From Candidatus Marinacidobacterales bacterium (GTDB lineage: Bacteria; Acidobacteriota; Vicinamibacteria; Marinacidobacterales; SMYC01), in contig OZ250169.1 in the NCBI GenBank assembly GCA_965237955.1, positions 4,288,001 through 4,352,000 of the forward strand: DNA of 64,000 nucleotides, read 5' to 3'. The position numbers and the translations under genes are program-made. Below the pieces are notes generated by a model that ran no database searches, was not told the origin of the DNA, and saw only the letters and a program-made list of their open reading frames with translations. Below are positions 18,657-28,285 of this stretch, one piece after another. Each line of letters opens with the position of its first letter. The first letter of the stretch is position 1.

Positions 18657-20498
18657 TCAGCCAAAAATCTTCTTGAACATGTCCTTCAGAGGGTCTTTGC
18701 TGCCTCTTCCGCCCGTGCTCAGGTGCTTCTTGGCGCCTTCATGCTGCGGACGGATGCGGAGCGCGGTGCGGAATTCAGTCTGGGCGCGTGCGTGCATAGC
18801 GAACGATTTGTAATAGAGTCCGAGCGAAAAATGTAAATCGGCGTTTTGAGGCGCCAGCAGGAGTGCCTCGATGAAGTGACGCTCGGCATCTTTGCGCATC
18901 ACCGGGTGGCGCGCCATCGCACGCGCGAGCATGCCGTGGTGTACGGGGTCTCGAGGCTCGAGCTCGACGAGCTCGTACAAAAGCGATACCGCGTGCTCCC
19001 AGTCGCGCACTTGAAAGTGGAGCTTTACGTCGCGGTTGAGCTGGCGAACGCGCTCGACCCGCGCCGCGCCGGTGAGCTGCGCTCCCGAGCGAAGGGACGG
19101 ACCTTTGCGTTCGGATTCCTCTTCGATCCCCTCTGGCGCTTCGCTCGGGAGCGAGTCCGCATCCTCGCCGACTTCCGACAGGGCTTTTTGGTCGTCGCCT
19201 ATATCGCCCCTATCGGATGCAACGGAGTCCTCCGGAGGTTGCGTGTCGACGAGCTCGGAAGATGGGGTCATGACGTCGTCGGACGAGATATCGATACCGA
19301 CTTCTTCGAACAGCTCCTCGTTCAGTGGCGGAAGCGTTTGCTCGGTGGGAACTTCGAAGGCTTCCTGATCGACCTCCGCTCGAATCGGCTTGCTCGAGGA
19401 CTCGGACGCGCGCTGTTCTTTCTCCTCGAGCATCCGTTCGTACGCCTTCTCGAGTCGGCTTTGGATGACTTCGACTTTGGTGACCAGGGTGTGCTGCGCT
19501 TCGACCATCGCCCGCTTTTTCTGCCAGTCTGCTTGCCGCGTCTCGAACGCTTGTTGGATGTTCGCCTGGTCCGGCTGCCCGCCGAGCTCGTCGAGCCCGA
19601 GGAGCTCTTTCTCCGAAGCTCGGTCGAGACGATCGAACTCCATCAGGATCTCTTGCCTCGCGTTCGTCGCTTGAATTTTGGCGAACTTGCGCTGGATCTC
19701 CGACAGCACGAACACACCGGTCTCTTCTTGCACCTTCAGCGGTTTTCGGTGACCCTGGTCGGCCGGCTCCAACAGGCCGGCGGCGAACAGTCCGTAGCAC
19801 GCTCTCAGCACGACGCCGCGATCTGCGTCCATGCTTTGGATCATCGCGGCGAGGGGGGTTCCTTTGCCCGCGTTTCGAAGGACCGCCTGCTCGAGAGGTT
19901 TCAACTTGCGGGGCTCGACCGTAAATGGAGGTCGCGCGGAAGGTCGCACCAGCGTTCCGAGCGGAGGGAGCCCTGAGAGAATGAGCCTTCCATCCGTCAT
20001 GTGTCGGACCCCTTCGAGCAGGATGCGATAGATCGACAAGCTGACCATGAGCTCGACAGGAATCACGTTGCCGCGCTCGTCGAAGCTGTAGACGCCGTCT
20101 TTGATCTTGAACAGCGACATTACGATGCGGTTGACCTGCGCCGCCACTTGTTTGCCGAGCTCTTCCTCCGACATCACCCCCGCTTGCACGAGAGCTTGGC
20201 CGAACTTTCGTTTGCTACCTTTCATGAGCATGCTCGCGAGTGCGAACTCGTGACGCGAGATGCGTCCCGCCTCGATGAGACTCTCTCCGAGCCTGTCGCG
20301 CTTCAGGTTGCTCGCGGCGAACACGATGAACCCGTTATCGAAGTAAATACTCTTGATGCCGGTGCCGAGGTTGACTTGGAGGTCGCCGCTTCGTTCCTCG
20401 GTGGCGACTTTGCGCAATACCTCGGCGAGCGGAACGCCACGGAGCGAGCCGACCCAGTCGATGCTTACGTTAGAGCGCTCCCGGTTTGTCGTTGCCAT
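18657..20498 (-). CDS. DUF4388 domain protein with a degenerate J-like domain and C-terminal TPR
   Basis: GSLRGVPLAEVL..SGDL..IYFDNGFIVFAASN..RLGESL (DUF4388), an acidic linker, and TPRs AERHFIEALLLAPQNAD. Start is uncertain. Confidence 0.75.
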   Translation of the reverse strand: MATTNRERSNVSIDWVGSLRGVPLAEVLRKVATEERSGDLQVNLGTGIKSIYFDNGFIVFAASNLKRDRLGESLIEAGRISRHEFALASMLMKGSKRKFGQALVQAGVMSEEELGKQVAAQVNRIVMSLFKIKDGVYSFDERGNVIPVELMVSLSIYRILLEGVRHMTDGRLILSGLPPLGTLVRPSARPPFTVEPRKLKPLEQAVLRNAGKGTPLAAMIQSMDADRGVVLRACYGLFAAGLLEPADQGHRKPLKVQEETGVFVLSEIQRKFAKIQATNARQEILMEFDRLDRASEKELLGLDELGGQPDQANIQQAFETRQADWQKKRAMVEAQHTLVTKVEVIQSRLEKAYERMLEEKEQRASESSSKPIRAEVDQEAFEVPTEQTLPPLNEELFEEVGIDISSDDVMTPSSELVDTQPPEDSVASDRGDIGDDQKALSEVGEDADSLPSEAPEGIEEESERKGPSLRSGAQLTGAARVERVRQLNRDVKLHFQVRDWEHAVSLLYELVELEPRDPVHHGMLARAMARHPVMRKDAERHFIEALLLAPQNADLHFSLGLYYKSFAMHARAQTEFRTALRIRPQHEGAKKHLSTGGRGSKDPLKDMFKKIFG

Positions 20499-20641
20499 CG
20501 GTCGAGAATCGAGCATTTCCATCGACTTGCCGTCGTGATGTTTTGTTGGAATGGGGGTATTGTCTATGATTTCCAGGGCTACCACAAGGCTGAGTTCATT
20601 GGCGTAGGACTTTCCCCACATCTAGGCTTGGAAGCGGGATC

Positions 20642-22267
20642 ATGGCAAAAAGGCGACGCGTTCTCGAAATCCGAATCACCGGGGCGATAAGCGAGGTTCC
20701 GGCGCGATTCTCGTGGCCACGGGTTGAGCGCTCATCACTCTACGACATCGAAGCGGCTCTTCGTCGCGCGTCAGACGATCGCAAAATCGACGGGGTCTTG
20801 CTCGAGCTTGCCGACGTTAGCATCGGCTGGTCGAAAGCCGAGAGCTTGCACCGCGCGATACGTGACGTGCGCGCGAGCGGTAAGGCTACCGTCGCCTTTC
20901 TCGCCGGAGCGGACAACGTGACTTACATGTTGGCGTCTGCGTGCGAGAGCGTCGTGCTCGCGCCCGCCGCGTTGTTGTCGCTTCAATCTCTTTCGAGCGA
21001 CAGCTTGTTTTTCAAGGATCTCCTCGGCGAGATCGGCGTAAGTCCCGAGCTCGATGCCGTGGGGGAGTTCAAGTCGGCGGGCGAAGCGCTCGAGCGACGG
21101 GAATCATCGGATGCGCACCGCCGAGAGATGACGTCGATTCTCGAGGATTTGAACGCTCAGTTCGTGGCGCTCGTTGCCGGAGGTCGCACGATGCCGGCCG
21201 CCGCTGTCGCCGCCGCGATCACATCCGGGCCGTTCCTGCCTGAGGACGCAAAAAACGCCGGCCTGGTGGATCACATCGAACACGCGGATTTCTGCAAATC
21301 GTATCTCGAAGAGAAGTTGGGCCATGGGGGGCATGCCCCGCGCTACGTGCCCCACGCGAGCTACATAGCACCCCCGGGTCTCGTCCGGCGCGCTCTTCGC
21401 TGGCGACGCCCCCAGGTCGCCATCGTTCATGCGTGCGGCGTTCTGACTTCTGGTGACTCTCGGAGCTCGCCGTCGGGTAGCGTGACAGTCGGCGCACGCG
21501 CGCTCTCGGAGCTGTTGTCGAGCCTTCGCGAGCGGCCGAGGGTGCGCGCGGTGGTCCTCCGGATTGACAGTCCTGGCGGCGGAGCCCTCGCTTCCGACGC
21601 CATCCATCGGGAGCTGTCTCTCGTCGCGAAGGAAAAACCAGTCGTTGTCTCCATGGGCGACATCGCGGCTTCGGGCGGCTACTACATCGCCGCCGCGGCG
21701 GGCACGGTGCTCGCGGAGGGTACGTCACTGACCGGCTCGATTGGAGTTCTCGGCGGGAAGCTCGTCGTCAAGCGACTTCTCGACCGGCTCGGAATCGCTC
21801 GCGAGAGCTTGTCCTTTGGGACGAACGCGGGCATGTTCTCGCCGCTACGATCGTTCACCGAGGAGGAGCGCGCCCGGCATCGCGGGCATCTCGATCATTT
21901 CTACCGCGCCAGGTTTTTAACCGTCGTCGCCGAGGGTCGAAAGATAACGCTCGAGGAGGCGGACGAGGCCGGGCGCGGTCGTGTATGGACGGGACGCCAA
22001 GGCCAAAACGTTGGTCTCGTGGATGGCCTCGGTGGACTGCACGATGCGATCGAGCTCGCTCACGAAGAAGCGAACCTCGACCGCGCGAGATCCCGCGTCG
22101 TGGTCTACGGACGTCGCGCCCGACTACGAGAGCTTTTGACGTTTGGTCTGGTCGATCTCAACGGGGGCTCGCTCGTGTCCGATCTCGCAGGCCGGATATC
22201 GCTCATCGAAGAGCTGGCGCGCGAAGATTTGTTGCTGCTGATGCCGCGAATCTTCCGAATCCGCTAA
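20642..22267 (+). CDS. sppA: Signal peptide peptidase SppA (tandem S49 domains)
   Basis: [36 protein letters not shown] and GRVWTG motifs. Confidence 0.9.
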   Translation: MAKRRRVLEIRITGAISEVPARFSWPRVERSSLYDIEAALRRASDDRKIDGVLLELADVSIGWSKAESLHRAIRDVRASGKATVAFLAGADNVTYMLASACESVVLAPAALLSLQSLSSDSLFFKDLLGEIGVSPELDAVGEFKSAGEALERRESSDAHRREMTSILEDLNAQFVALVAGGRTMPAAAVAAAITSGPFLPEDAKNAGLVDHIEHADFCKSYLEEKLGHGGHAPRYVPHASYIAPPGLVRRALRWRRPQVAIVHACGVLTSGDSRSSPSGSVTVGARALSELLSSLRERPRVRAVVLRIDSPGGGALASDAIHRELSLVAKEKPVVVSMGDIAASGGYYIAAAAGTVLAEGTSLTGSIGVLGGKLVVKRLLDRLGIARESLSFGTNAGMFSPLRSFTEEERARHRGHLDHFYRARFLTVVAEGRKITLEEADEAGRGRVWTGRQGQNVGLVDGLGGLHDAIELAHEEANLDRARSRVVVYGRRARLRELLTFGLVDLNGGSLVSDLAGRISLIEELAREDLLLLMPRIFRIR

Positions 22268-22275
22268 TCCTTTTT

Positions 22276-22404
22276 CACCGCAGAGCGCGCAGAGAAAAGC
22301 AAAGGCAAAAAAATCGCAAAGTCGCAAAGTCGCAAAGTCGCGAAGGCGCAAAGTGAAGCGCCTTCGGCACTGATTCTCTCTTTGCGTCCTTGCGCCTTTG
22401 CGTT
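22276..22404. repeat. REP/MITE-like element copy B with upstream CACCGCAGAG unit
   Basis: Nearly identical to copy A, with an extra CGCAAAGT unit. Lies between convergent genes. Confidence 0.85.
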
Positions 22405-22425
22405 AAAAAAAGTGGTCCGCAGTTT

Positions 22426-24474
22426 CTAGTTGCGGCGGCGGGCTCCGCCTCGACGTCCGCCGCTTCGTGCGCGGCCGGCGGATGAGCGGGAGCCGCTTCT
22501 CGAGCCACTCACGCGGCCTGAGCTTCGCTGCGATCGGGGAGCGGTTCGGGTGACGCTCGATCGGCTTCGACTCGGTGCTCTCGAGGGGCCGGTCACGTTG
22601 CGCTGAGAGCGCGGCGTGGCCCGGTTGACGTTGGACGAGCGTACGCGGTTGCGGCTCGGTGTAGACCCGCTTCGTGTCGTCGTGCGCTGGCGCGATCGCG
22701 ACGGCGAACGGGTCACGGCCTCGCGGCGTGACGAGCTCCTCGTTGATTGTTGGGCTTGTTGGGCTTGCTGATTGCCCGCGCCGAACGTGCGCGCGCGCGA
22801 ACGCACCGCTGTTCGATCTGTTCGGGTCGGTGTCGTTTGCGTCACTCGGCTGCGCGTGGGGGGTGTGCGACGCCTTGCGGTGCCCGTCCCCTCTAGAGAA
22901 CGCCCGCGTGCTCCGGTGGCGCGCGCCGTGCCCGGTGCCCTGAATACGCGCGAGCCCGATCGAGGAACGTTGACGCCGACACGACTCCGGCCACCGGTCG
23001 TCCGCGCTCTTGTCCGGGAAACGTCACCACGCGGCCTCGCCTGGCGTCGAGGTGTCGACGTCCTGCTCGGGGCGAGGGCGGTGAGCGTGGCCTGAACACC
23101 ACGATCCACTGTAGGCGGTCGAACGCCGGTTCGCGGCACTGCGCGACCACGCGTCCCGCTTACCCTTGCTCTCCTTGCGAACGGGTTGGCCTGCGGTCCT
23201 CGTGGCGCGAGCGCGTTGTCTCCGCCGCCGGCGTGGGCAGTCAGGTTTCGATCCAAGACCGCGCCTTGTTGATGCATCCGGGCGCGCGCAGACGTCGAGC
23301 GCACATCGGATGCTCTCAGCCGCGCCCTGCGACGCCCGAAGTGCTCTTTGCGGGAAAAATTCCACCCGGCGCCGTGGTCGTATACGTGCCGCGGAACAGC
23401 CCTGCCGCCACGGTAGTGGCGTCGCCCTTTGTGATGAGGGTAGCGCCCCGCGCCGTAGAAGCCGTGGCCGTAGGCGAAGACCGATCCACCGTGAAACCCG
23501 AGCGGGCTCCATCCGATCCAAGCCGGTCCAACCGCGAACGAGACCCACGCGGGGCCCCAGTGCCGTCCGGGAACCCAATACCAACCGTGGTGGTTGTAGC
23601 CCCAGCGTCCGTAGTGATAGGGCGCCCAGCCCCACGGCTCATGCGACACCCAGGTGTATCCGTAGCTCGTATAACCCCACCGGCCGTCCCGGTACGGCGC
23701 CCAGCCGGCTCCGACGCTCGTCGGATACCACACGGCGCCGTGCTCTTCGTTGTCGCGCCACGTTCCGTAGTCGGTGAGGTCGTCGACATAGCGGTGCACT
23801 TCGGTGGGAACTTCGGCCAGCGGGACGCTACGCCGTCGAGCCTGTTCACTGTCGCGCGCGTGGCTCCACGAATCGAGTCCATCGGATCGCGAACGGTCGA
23901 AGACGAACGGTTCCTGCGGTTGTCCTCCCGCTTCCAAGAAACTTCTCTGTCCGGTACCGACCAGCACCGAGCTCTGCTCCGACGCGAGCTCGGCAACGGC
24001 TTCGAGCCCAGATACTGTCGTCACTGTCGTCGTGACGCCGTCAACGACGTCGACGCGATACGTGCCCGCGGTTTGTGTATAGACGCTACCGCTCGGTGTG
24101 TCGATGCGGATGCGCGAGCTTTCGGAGTCCACTTTCACGACGACGCTTCCGTTCCAGAGCCGCAGGTTGGGCTTGGCGCCGAATGCCATGAAATCGACTT
24201 TAGTCTCTCCGCCGAGACGCACGAGCGCGCCGTCGACGAACTGGATTTCTGCGAACGAGTTTGCGGTCGTCCACATCCGGTCGCCAGGAAGCACCGGCAA
24301 GTTGATGCCGCCTTGCTCCGGTTCCGGGTTCTGCGCGCGCTGCAAGCTCACGCCCCCGTCGACGTAGCGGATGTATCCGCTCTCGTACGTGTATTCTTGG
24401 GCTTCGCCCGTCGCCGCTAACGCTAGGAATCCGACCGAGAGAACGCTCGTATAAAGAGATGCTTTCCCGTTCAT
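22426..24474 (-). CDS. Exported FecR + DUF6600 domain protein with a long Arg/Ser-rich disordered tail
   Basis: Signal peptide, FecR-like region (NLPVLPGDRMWT..AEIQFVDG), and DUF6600 WAPYRDGRW...EPWGWAPYHYGRW...WVPG. Confidence 0.85.
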   Translation of the reverse strand: MNGKASLYTSVLSVGFLALAATGEAQEYTYESGYIRYVDGGVSLQRAQNPEPEQGGINLPVLPGDRMWTTANSFAEIQFVDGALVRLGGETKVDFMAFGAKPNLRLWNGSVVVKVDSESSRIRIDTPSGSVYTQTAGTYRVDVVDGVTTTVTTVSGLEAVAELASEQSSVLVGTGQRSFLEAGGQPQEPFVFDRSRSDGLDSWSHARDSEQARRRSVPLAEVPTEVHRYVDDLTDYGTWRDNEEHGAVWYPTSVGAGWAPYRDGRWGYTSYGYTWVSHEPWGWAPYHYGRWGYNHHGWYWVPGRHWGPAWVSFAVGPAWIGWSPLGFHGGSVFAYGHGFYGAGRYPHHKGRRHYRGGRAVPRHVYDHGAGWNFSRKEHFGRRRARLRASDVRSTSARARMHQQGAVLDRNLTAHAGGGDNALAPRGPQANPFARRARVSGTRGRAVPRTGVRPPTVDRGVQATLTALAPSRTSTPRRQARPRGDVSRTRARTTGGRSRVGVNVPRSGSRVFRAPGTARATGARGRSLEGTGTARRRTPPTRSRVTQTTPTRTDRTAVRSRARTFGAGNQQAQQAQQSTRSSSRREAVTRSPSRSRQRTTTRSGSTPSRNRVRSSNVNRATPRSQRNVTGPSRAPSRSRSSVTRTAPRSQRSSGRVSGSRSGSRSSAGRARSGGRRGGARRRN

Positions 24475-24537
24475 CCCTGACCCTCCTGAGGCTTTTGGTA
24501 GGCGCCCGACGCGCCTCAGCGTCTGGTGTCCTTCACT

Positions 24538-24553
24538 TGCAACCTGTATACCA
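24538..24553 (-). promoter_or_regulatory. Sigma54 (-24/-12) promoter of the FecR/DUF6600 gene
   Basis: TGGTAT-ACAGG-TTGCA on the minus strand, with exact GG-N10-GC spacing, ~65 nt before the ATG. Confidence 0.65.
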
Positions 24554-24695
24554 CGATCGCGTGCTGTTCGTAAACAACTCTAAATAGTTGATGACTAAGC
24601 TGTTGTGGATCTCAACGTGGTTCGCTCGAGCGTGATCCAAGTCGCTGTTCGAGGACAAACTGTGACCCAGCGTAGACATGCCCAGACGTTGAAAG

Positions 24696-24724
24696 TTGAC
24701 AAATCAACACTCATATCGTATCTT
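24696..24724 (+). promoter_or_regulatory. dnaK promoter with overlapping HAIR-like operator
   Basis: TTGACA-N17-TATCTT. TTGACAAATCAACACTCA is shared (16/18) with the lon promoter. Confidence 0.7.
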
Positions 24725-24797
24725 GTTGTCTGACTAAACATCTGTTAAGAATATCTGGACAAAGTCTGGAGAAGTCAAAAGCGAAGAAGGAGCAGTA

Positions 24798-26708
24798 ATG
24801 AGCAAGATCATCGGTATCGACTTGGGTACCACCAACTCCGTGGTTGCGATTATGGAGGGTGGCAGCCCGTCGGTGATCACGAATCCGGAAGGCGGGCGCA
24901 CGACACCTTCGGTGGTCGCTTTTGCCAAAGGCAACGAACGGCTCGTGGGACAGGTCGCCAAGCGGCAAGCCATCACCAACCCGGAGAACACGATCTTTTC
25001 GATCAAGCGTTTCATGGGACGTCGTTTCGACGAGGTCTCCGAAGAGATGAAGATGGTCCCGTACACAGTGCTGAAGGCCGACAACGGCGACGCACGTGTG
25101 GACATCAAAGGTCACCAGTTCTCACCGCCGGAAATCTCCGCGATGGTGCTGCAGAAGCTCAAGCAGGCGGCCGAGGACTACCTCGGCACCAAAGTCGAAA
25201 AAGCGGTCATCACCGTCCCGGCTTATTTCAATGACAGCCAGCGCCAGGCGACCAAGGACGCGGGCGAGATCGCGGGCCTCGAAGTCATGAGACTCGTCAA
25301 CGAGCCCACCGCCGCGGCGCTCGCCTATGGCCTCGACAAAAAGAAAGACGAGAAGATCGCCGTCTTCGACTTCGGTGGTGGCACGTTCGACATCTCGATC
25401 CTCGAAGTCGGCGAAGGCGTCGTGGAAGTGAAGTCGACGAACGGAGACACGCATCTCGGTGGTGACAACGTCGACCAGAGGATCATCGATTGGCTCATCG
25501 ACCAATTCGCGAACACCGCGGGCATCGATCTCTCCGAAGATCGCATGGCTTTGCAGCGTCTCAAGGAAGCCGCTGAAAAGGCGAAGATTGAGCTGTCGTC
25601 GACGATGGAGACCGAGATCAACTTGCCGTTCATCACCGCGGACTCGACTGGGCCGAAGCACATGTCCGAGCGTCTGACCCGCTCGAAGCTCGAGCAGTTG
25701 ATCGACGACCTGCTCCAGAGAACGATCGCGCCGTGCAAGCAAGCGATCGAAGACGCGGGGCTCAAAGCCTCCGAGATCGAGGAGGTTGTCCTCGTGGGCG
25801 GCTCGACCCGCATGCCGAAAGTCCAGGAGATAGTGAAGGAGCTGTTCGGCAAGGAGCCCCACAAAGGCGTGAATCCCGACGAGGTCGTGGCCCTCGGCGC
25901 CGCCGTGCAAGCGGGCGTTTTGGGTGGTGAAGTCAAAGACCTGTTGCTCCTCGACGTCACCCCTCTGTCTCTCGGGATCGAGACCCTGGGCAACCTCACC
26001 ACCAAGCTCATCGAGCGCAACACGACCATTCCGCACAAAAAGAGCGAAGTGTTCTCGACCGCGTCCGACAACCAAACCCAGGTCGAGGTCCACGTCTTGC
26101 AGGGTGAGCGGACGATGGCAGGGGACAATCGGACCCTCGGGCGTTTCCACCTCGTCGGCGTCCCCCCGGCTCCGAGAGGCGTCCCTCAGATCGAAGTGAC
26201 TTTCGACATCGATGCGAACGGCATCTTGAACGTTTCTGCGAAGGACATGGCGACCGGCAAGCAGACTGCGATCACGATTACTGCTTCCAGCGGGCTGGGT
26301 GAGCAAGAAATCGAGCAGATGCGCAAAGCCGCCGAGCTCAACATCGAAGACGACAAAAAACGCCGCGAGCAAGTCGAGGAGAAGAACGAGACCGACAACC
26401 TCGTTTACCAGACCGAGAAACTTCTCGCAGAGCATCGCGACAAGATCCCGGAGGAAGACGCGAAGCAGATCGAAGCTGCTCTCGAAGACGCCAAAAACGC
26501 CGTCAAAGAAGCCGACATCCAGGCGGTGAGAAACGCCAAGGAAGTGTTGCAAAAAGCGAGCTATCGTCTCGCGGAGTTCATGTACAGCCAAGCCGGAGCC
26601 GAGGGCGCCGAGGGTGGTGCGCCTGGAGCGGGCGCAGGTGGCGGCGGGCCAGCAAGTGACGATGACGTGATCGATGCGGAAATCGTCGACTCCGAGGAGA
26701 AGAAGTAG
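24798..26708 (+). CDS. dnaK: Chaperone DnaK (Hsp70)
   Basis: [30 protein letters not shown] and DVIDAE C-terminus. GAAGGAG SD. Confidence 0.98.
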   Translation: MSKIIGIDLGTTNSVVAIMEGGSPSVITNPEGGRTTPSVVAFAKGNERLVGQVAKRQAITNPENTIFSIKRFMGRRFDEVSEEMKMVPYTVLKADNGDARVDIKGHQFSPPEISAMVLQKLKQAAEDYLGTKVEKAVITVPAYFNDSQRQATKDAGEIAGLEVMRLVNEPTAAALAYGLDKKKDEKIAVFDFGGGTFDISILEVGEGVVEVKSTNGDTHLGGDNVDQRIIDWLIDQFANTAGIDLSEDRMALQRLKEAAEKAKIELSSTMETEINLPFITADSTGPKHMSERLTRSKLEQLIDDLLQRTIAPCKQAIEDAGLKASEIEEVVLVGGSTRMPKVQEIVKELFGKEPHKGVNPDEVVALGAAVQAGVLGGEVKDLLLLDVTPLSLGIETLGNLTTKLIERNTTIPHKKSEVFSTASDNQTQVEVHVLQGERTMAGDNRTLGRFHLVGVPPAPRGVPQIEVTFDIDANGILNVSAKDMATGKQTAITITASSGLGEQEIEQMRKAAELNIEDDKKRREQVEEKNETDNLVYQTEKLLAEHRDKIPEEDAKQIEAALEDAKNAVKEADIQAVRNAKEVLQKASYRLAEFMYSQAGAEGAEGGAPGAGAGGGGPASDDDVIDAEIVDSEEKK

Positions 26709-26714
26709 AGCAGG

Positions 26715-27866
26715 ATGTCACGTCACGATTACTACGTACTGCTTGGCGTGGAAAAGTCCGCCTCGAAGTCGGAGATCCGCCGCGCGTTCCGGAAGCTGGC
26801 GCGCAAGTACCATCCCGACATCAACCCCGGGGACAACGTCGCCGCGGTGCGCTACCAGCGAATCTACGAAGCGTTCGAGGTGCTCACCGATTCGGGTCGG
26901 CGCGAGCACTACGACCGTGTCGGAGTGCAGGCGGAACCGGCCGGACGATCGGAGCCGACGCGCTACGGTTTCGAAGGTTTCGATTTCTCGCTTCCGGGAG
27001 AACGTGAAGTCGACATCTTCCCCGACTTGTTTCGGCGCCCCGCTGCCGCTCCCGATCGTAGCCGCCTCGATGGCGAAGACATTCACCATCGATTGAGTAT
27101 TTCGTTCGAGGAGTCGTTGACCGGGCAAGTGAGCACGTTTCGGCTCGCACGGCACGTGTCCTGTGAGACGTGTGAGGGCTGGGGCGAAATCCCAGCGCGC
27201 GAGCCGCGCGCGTGCGCGCGGTGCAACGGGCGCGGTCGGGCCACGCAAGTCCGCGGTTTCATGCTGTTCGCGAAACCTTGCGCCCACTGCCAGGGCTCGG
27301 GCATGGTGTCCCGCGAGCGTTGCCCGGATTGTGCCGGTGCCGGCCGCATGCCCGAATCGCACTCGGTCTCGGTCGATATTCCCGCGGGCGTCGCCGACGG
27401 GGACAAGCTCTCTTTGCCGGGGTTGGGGGGGCAAGGTCGCGGTTCGGGACGTCCGGGCGATTTGTACGTTCACATCCACGTCCAGGAGCATCCGTTTTTC
27501 ACGCGCAAGGGCGACAACCTGTTTTGCACGGTTCCGGTTACGTTCGCTGAAGCGGCGCTCGGTGCCAAGATCGATGTTCCAACCCCCGATGGCGGCGCGG
27601 TGACGCTGAGGGTGCCCGCGGGGGTGCAGTCGGGACAGAAGCTTCGGTTGTCGGAGCGTGGCGCAACCTCCCGCCGAAGGGCCGGGAGCCGGGGCGATCT
27701 GTTCGTCGTGATCCAGGTGGTCACGCCGACGGTCTACGATGACCGTTCGCGCGACCTTCTGCGCGAGCTCGATCGTATCAATCCGTCCGAGCCGAGAGCC
27801 GGGCTCGGCAGGCCGAGCGAACCTAGAGCGGGGCTCGGAAAGCGCGGTGAGGAGGTCTCGCGGTGA
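26715..27866 (+). CDS. dnaJ: Chaperone DnaJ (class I)
   Basis: J domain with HPD, four CxxCxGxG repeats and a C-terminal domain. Confidence 0.92.
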   Translation: MSRHDYYVLLGVEKSASKSEIRRAFRKLARKYHPDINPGDNVAAVRYQRIYEAFEVLTDSGRREHYDRVGVQAEPAGRSEPTRYGFEGFDFSLPGEREVDIFPDLFRRPAAAPDRSRLDGEDIHHRLSISFEESLTGQVSTFRLARHVSCETCEGWGEIPAREPRACARCNGRGRATQVRGFMLFAKPCAHCQGSGMVSRERCPDCAGAGRMPESHSVSVDIPAGVADGDKLSLPGLGGQGRGSGRPGDLYVHIHVQEHPFFTRKGDNLFCTVPVTFAEAALGAKIDVPTPDGGAVTLRVPAGVQSGQKLRLSERGATSRRRAGSRGDLFVVIQVVTPTVYDDRSRDLLRELDRINPSEPRAGLGRPSEPRAGLGKRGEEVSR

Positions 27867-28285
27867 AAAGGAGCGCCACGCCGGAGCAAGACGGGCCGCG
27901 CAATCGAGGCAAAGGCAAGGGGTACTACATGATCAGCGCGGTGGCCGAGACCTATGGGATTCATCCGCAGACCCTCCGCCTGTACGAGCGCGAAGGACTC
28001 CTCTGCCCCTCCCGCACCGAGGGCAACACGCGCCTGTATTCCGAAGAAGATCTCCGTCAGCTCGAGACGATTCTAAACATGACCCGGGATCTCGGCGTCA
28101 ATCTCGCCGGCGTCGAGATCATTCTCAACATGCGTCTCAAAATGGAAAAAATGCAGTGTGAGATCAGCGAGTTTATAGAGTATGTTCAACGTGAGATTGG
28201 GAAACAGGAAGAGGGCTGGAAGGATCGCGTCCAAAACGCGCTCGTACGGCTTCCCCCCCGTGATCTCGTGAAGAAAGAACCGTGA
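27863..28285 (+). CDS. hspR: MerR-family heat-shock repressor HspR
   Basis: YMISAVAETYGIHPQTLRLYEREGLL.PSRTEGNTRLYS...LGVNLAGVEIIL, located directly after dnaK-dnaJ. Confidence 0.88.
   Translation: MKRSATPEQDGPRNRGKGKGYYMISAVAETYGIHPQTLRLYEREGLLCPSRTEGNTRLYSEEDLRQLETILNMTRDLGVNLAGVEIILNMRLKMEKMQCEISEFIEYVQREIGKQEEGWKDRVQNALVRLPPRDLVKKEP

Noticed and set aside
24600-24797. CIRCE (HrcA) element upstream of dnaK
   Set aside because: No TTAGCACTC-N9-GAGTGCTAA match.
25122-26591. Long antisense or alternate-frame ORFs (e.g. 25122..26591, 9130..10476, 18846..19976, 40338..41576, 54118..55194, 58900..60132)
   Set aside because: Shadow ORFs opposite well-recognised genes. They are expected at high GC and show no motifs or RBS.
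27786-27840. SEPRAGLG duplication at the DnaJ C-terminus
   Set aside because: Short local duplication in a variable tail; unremarkable.
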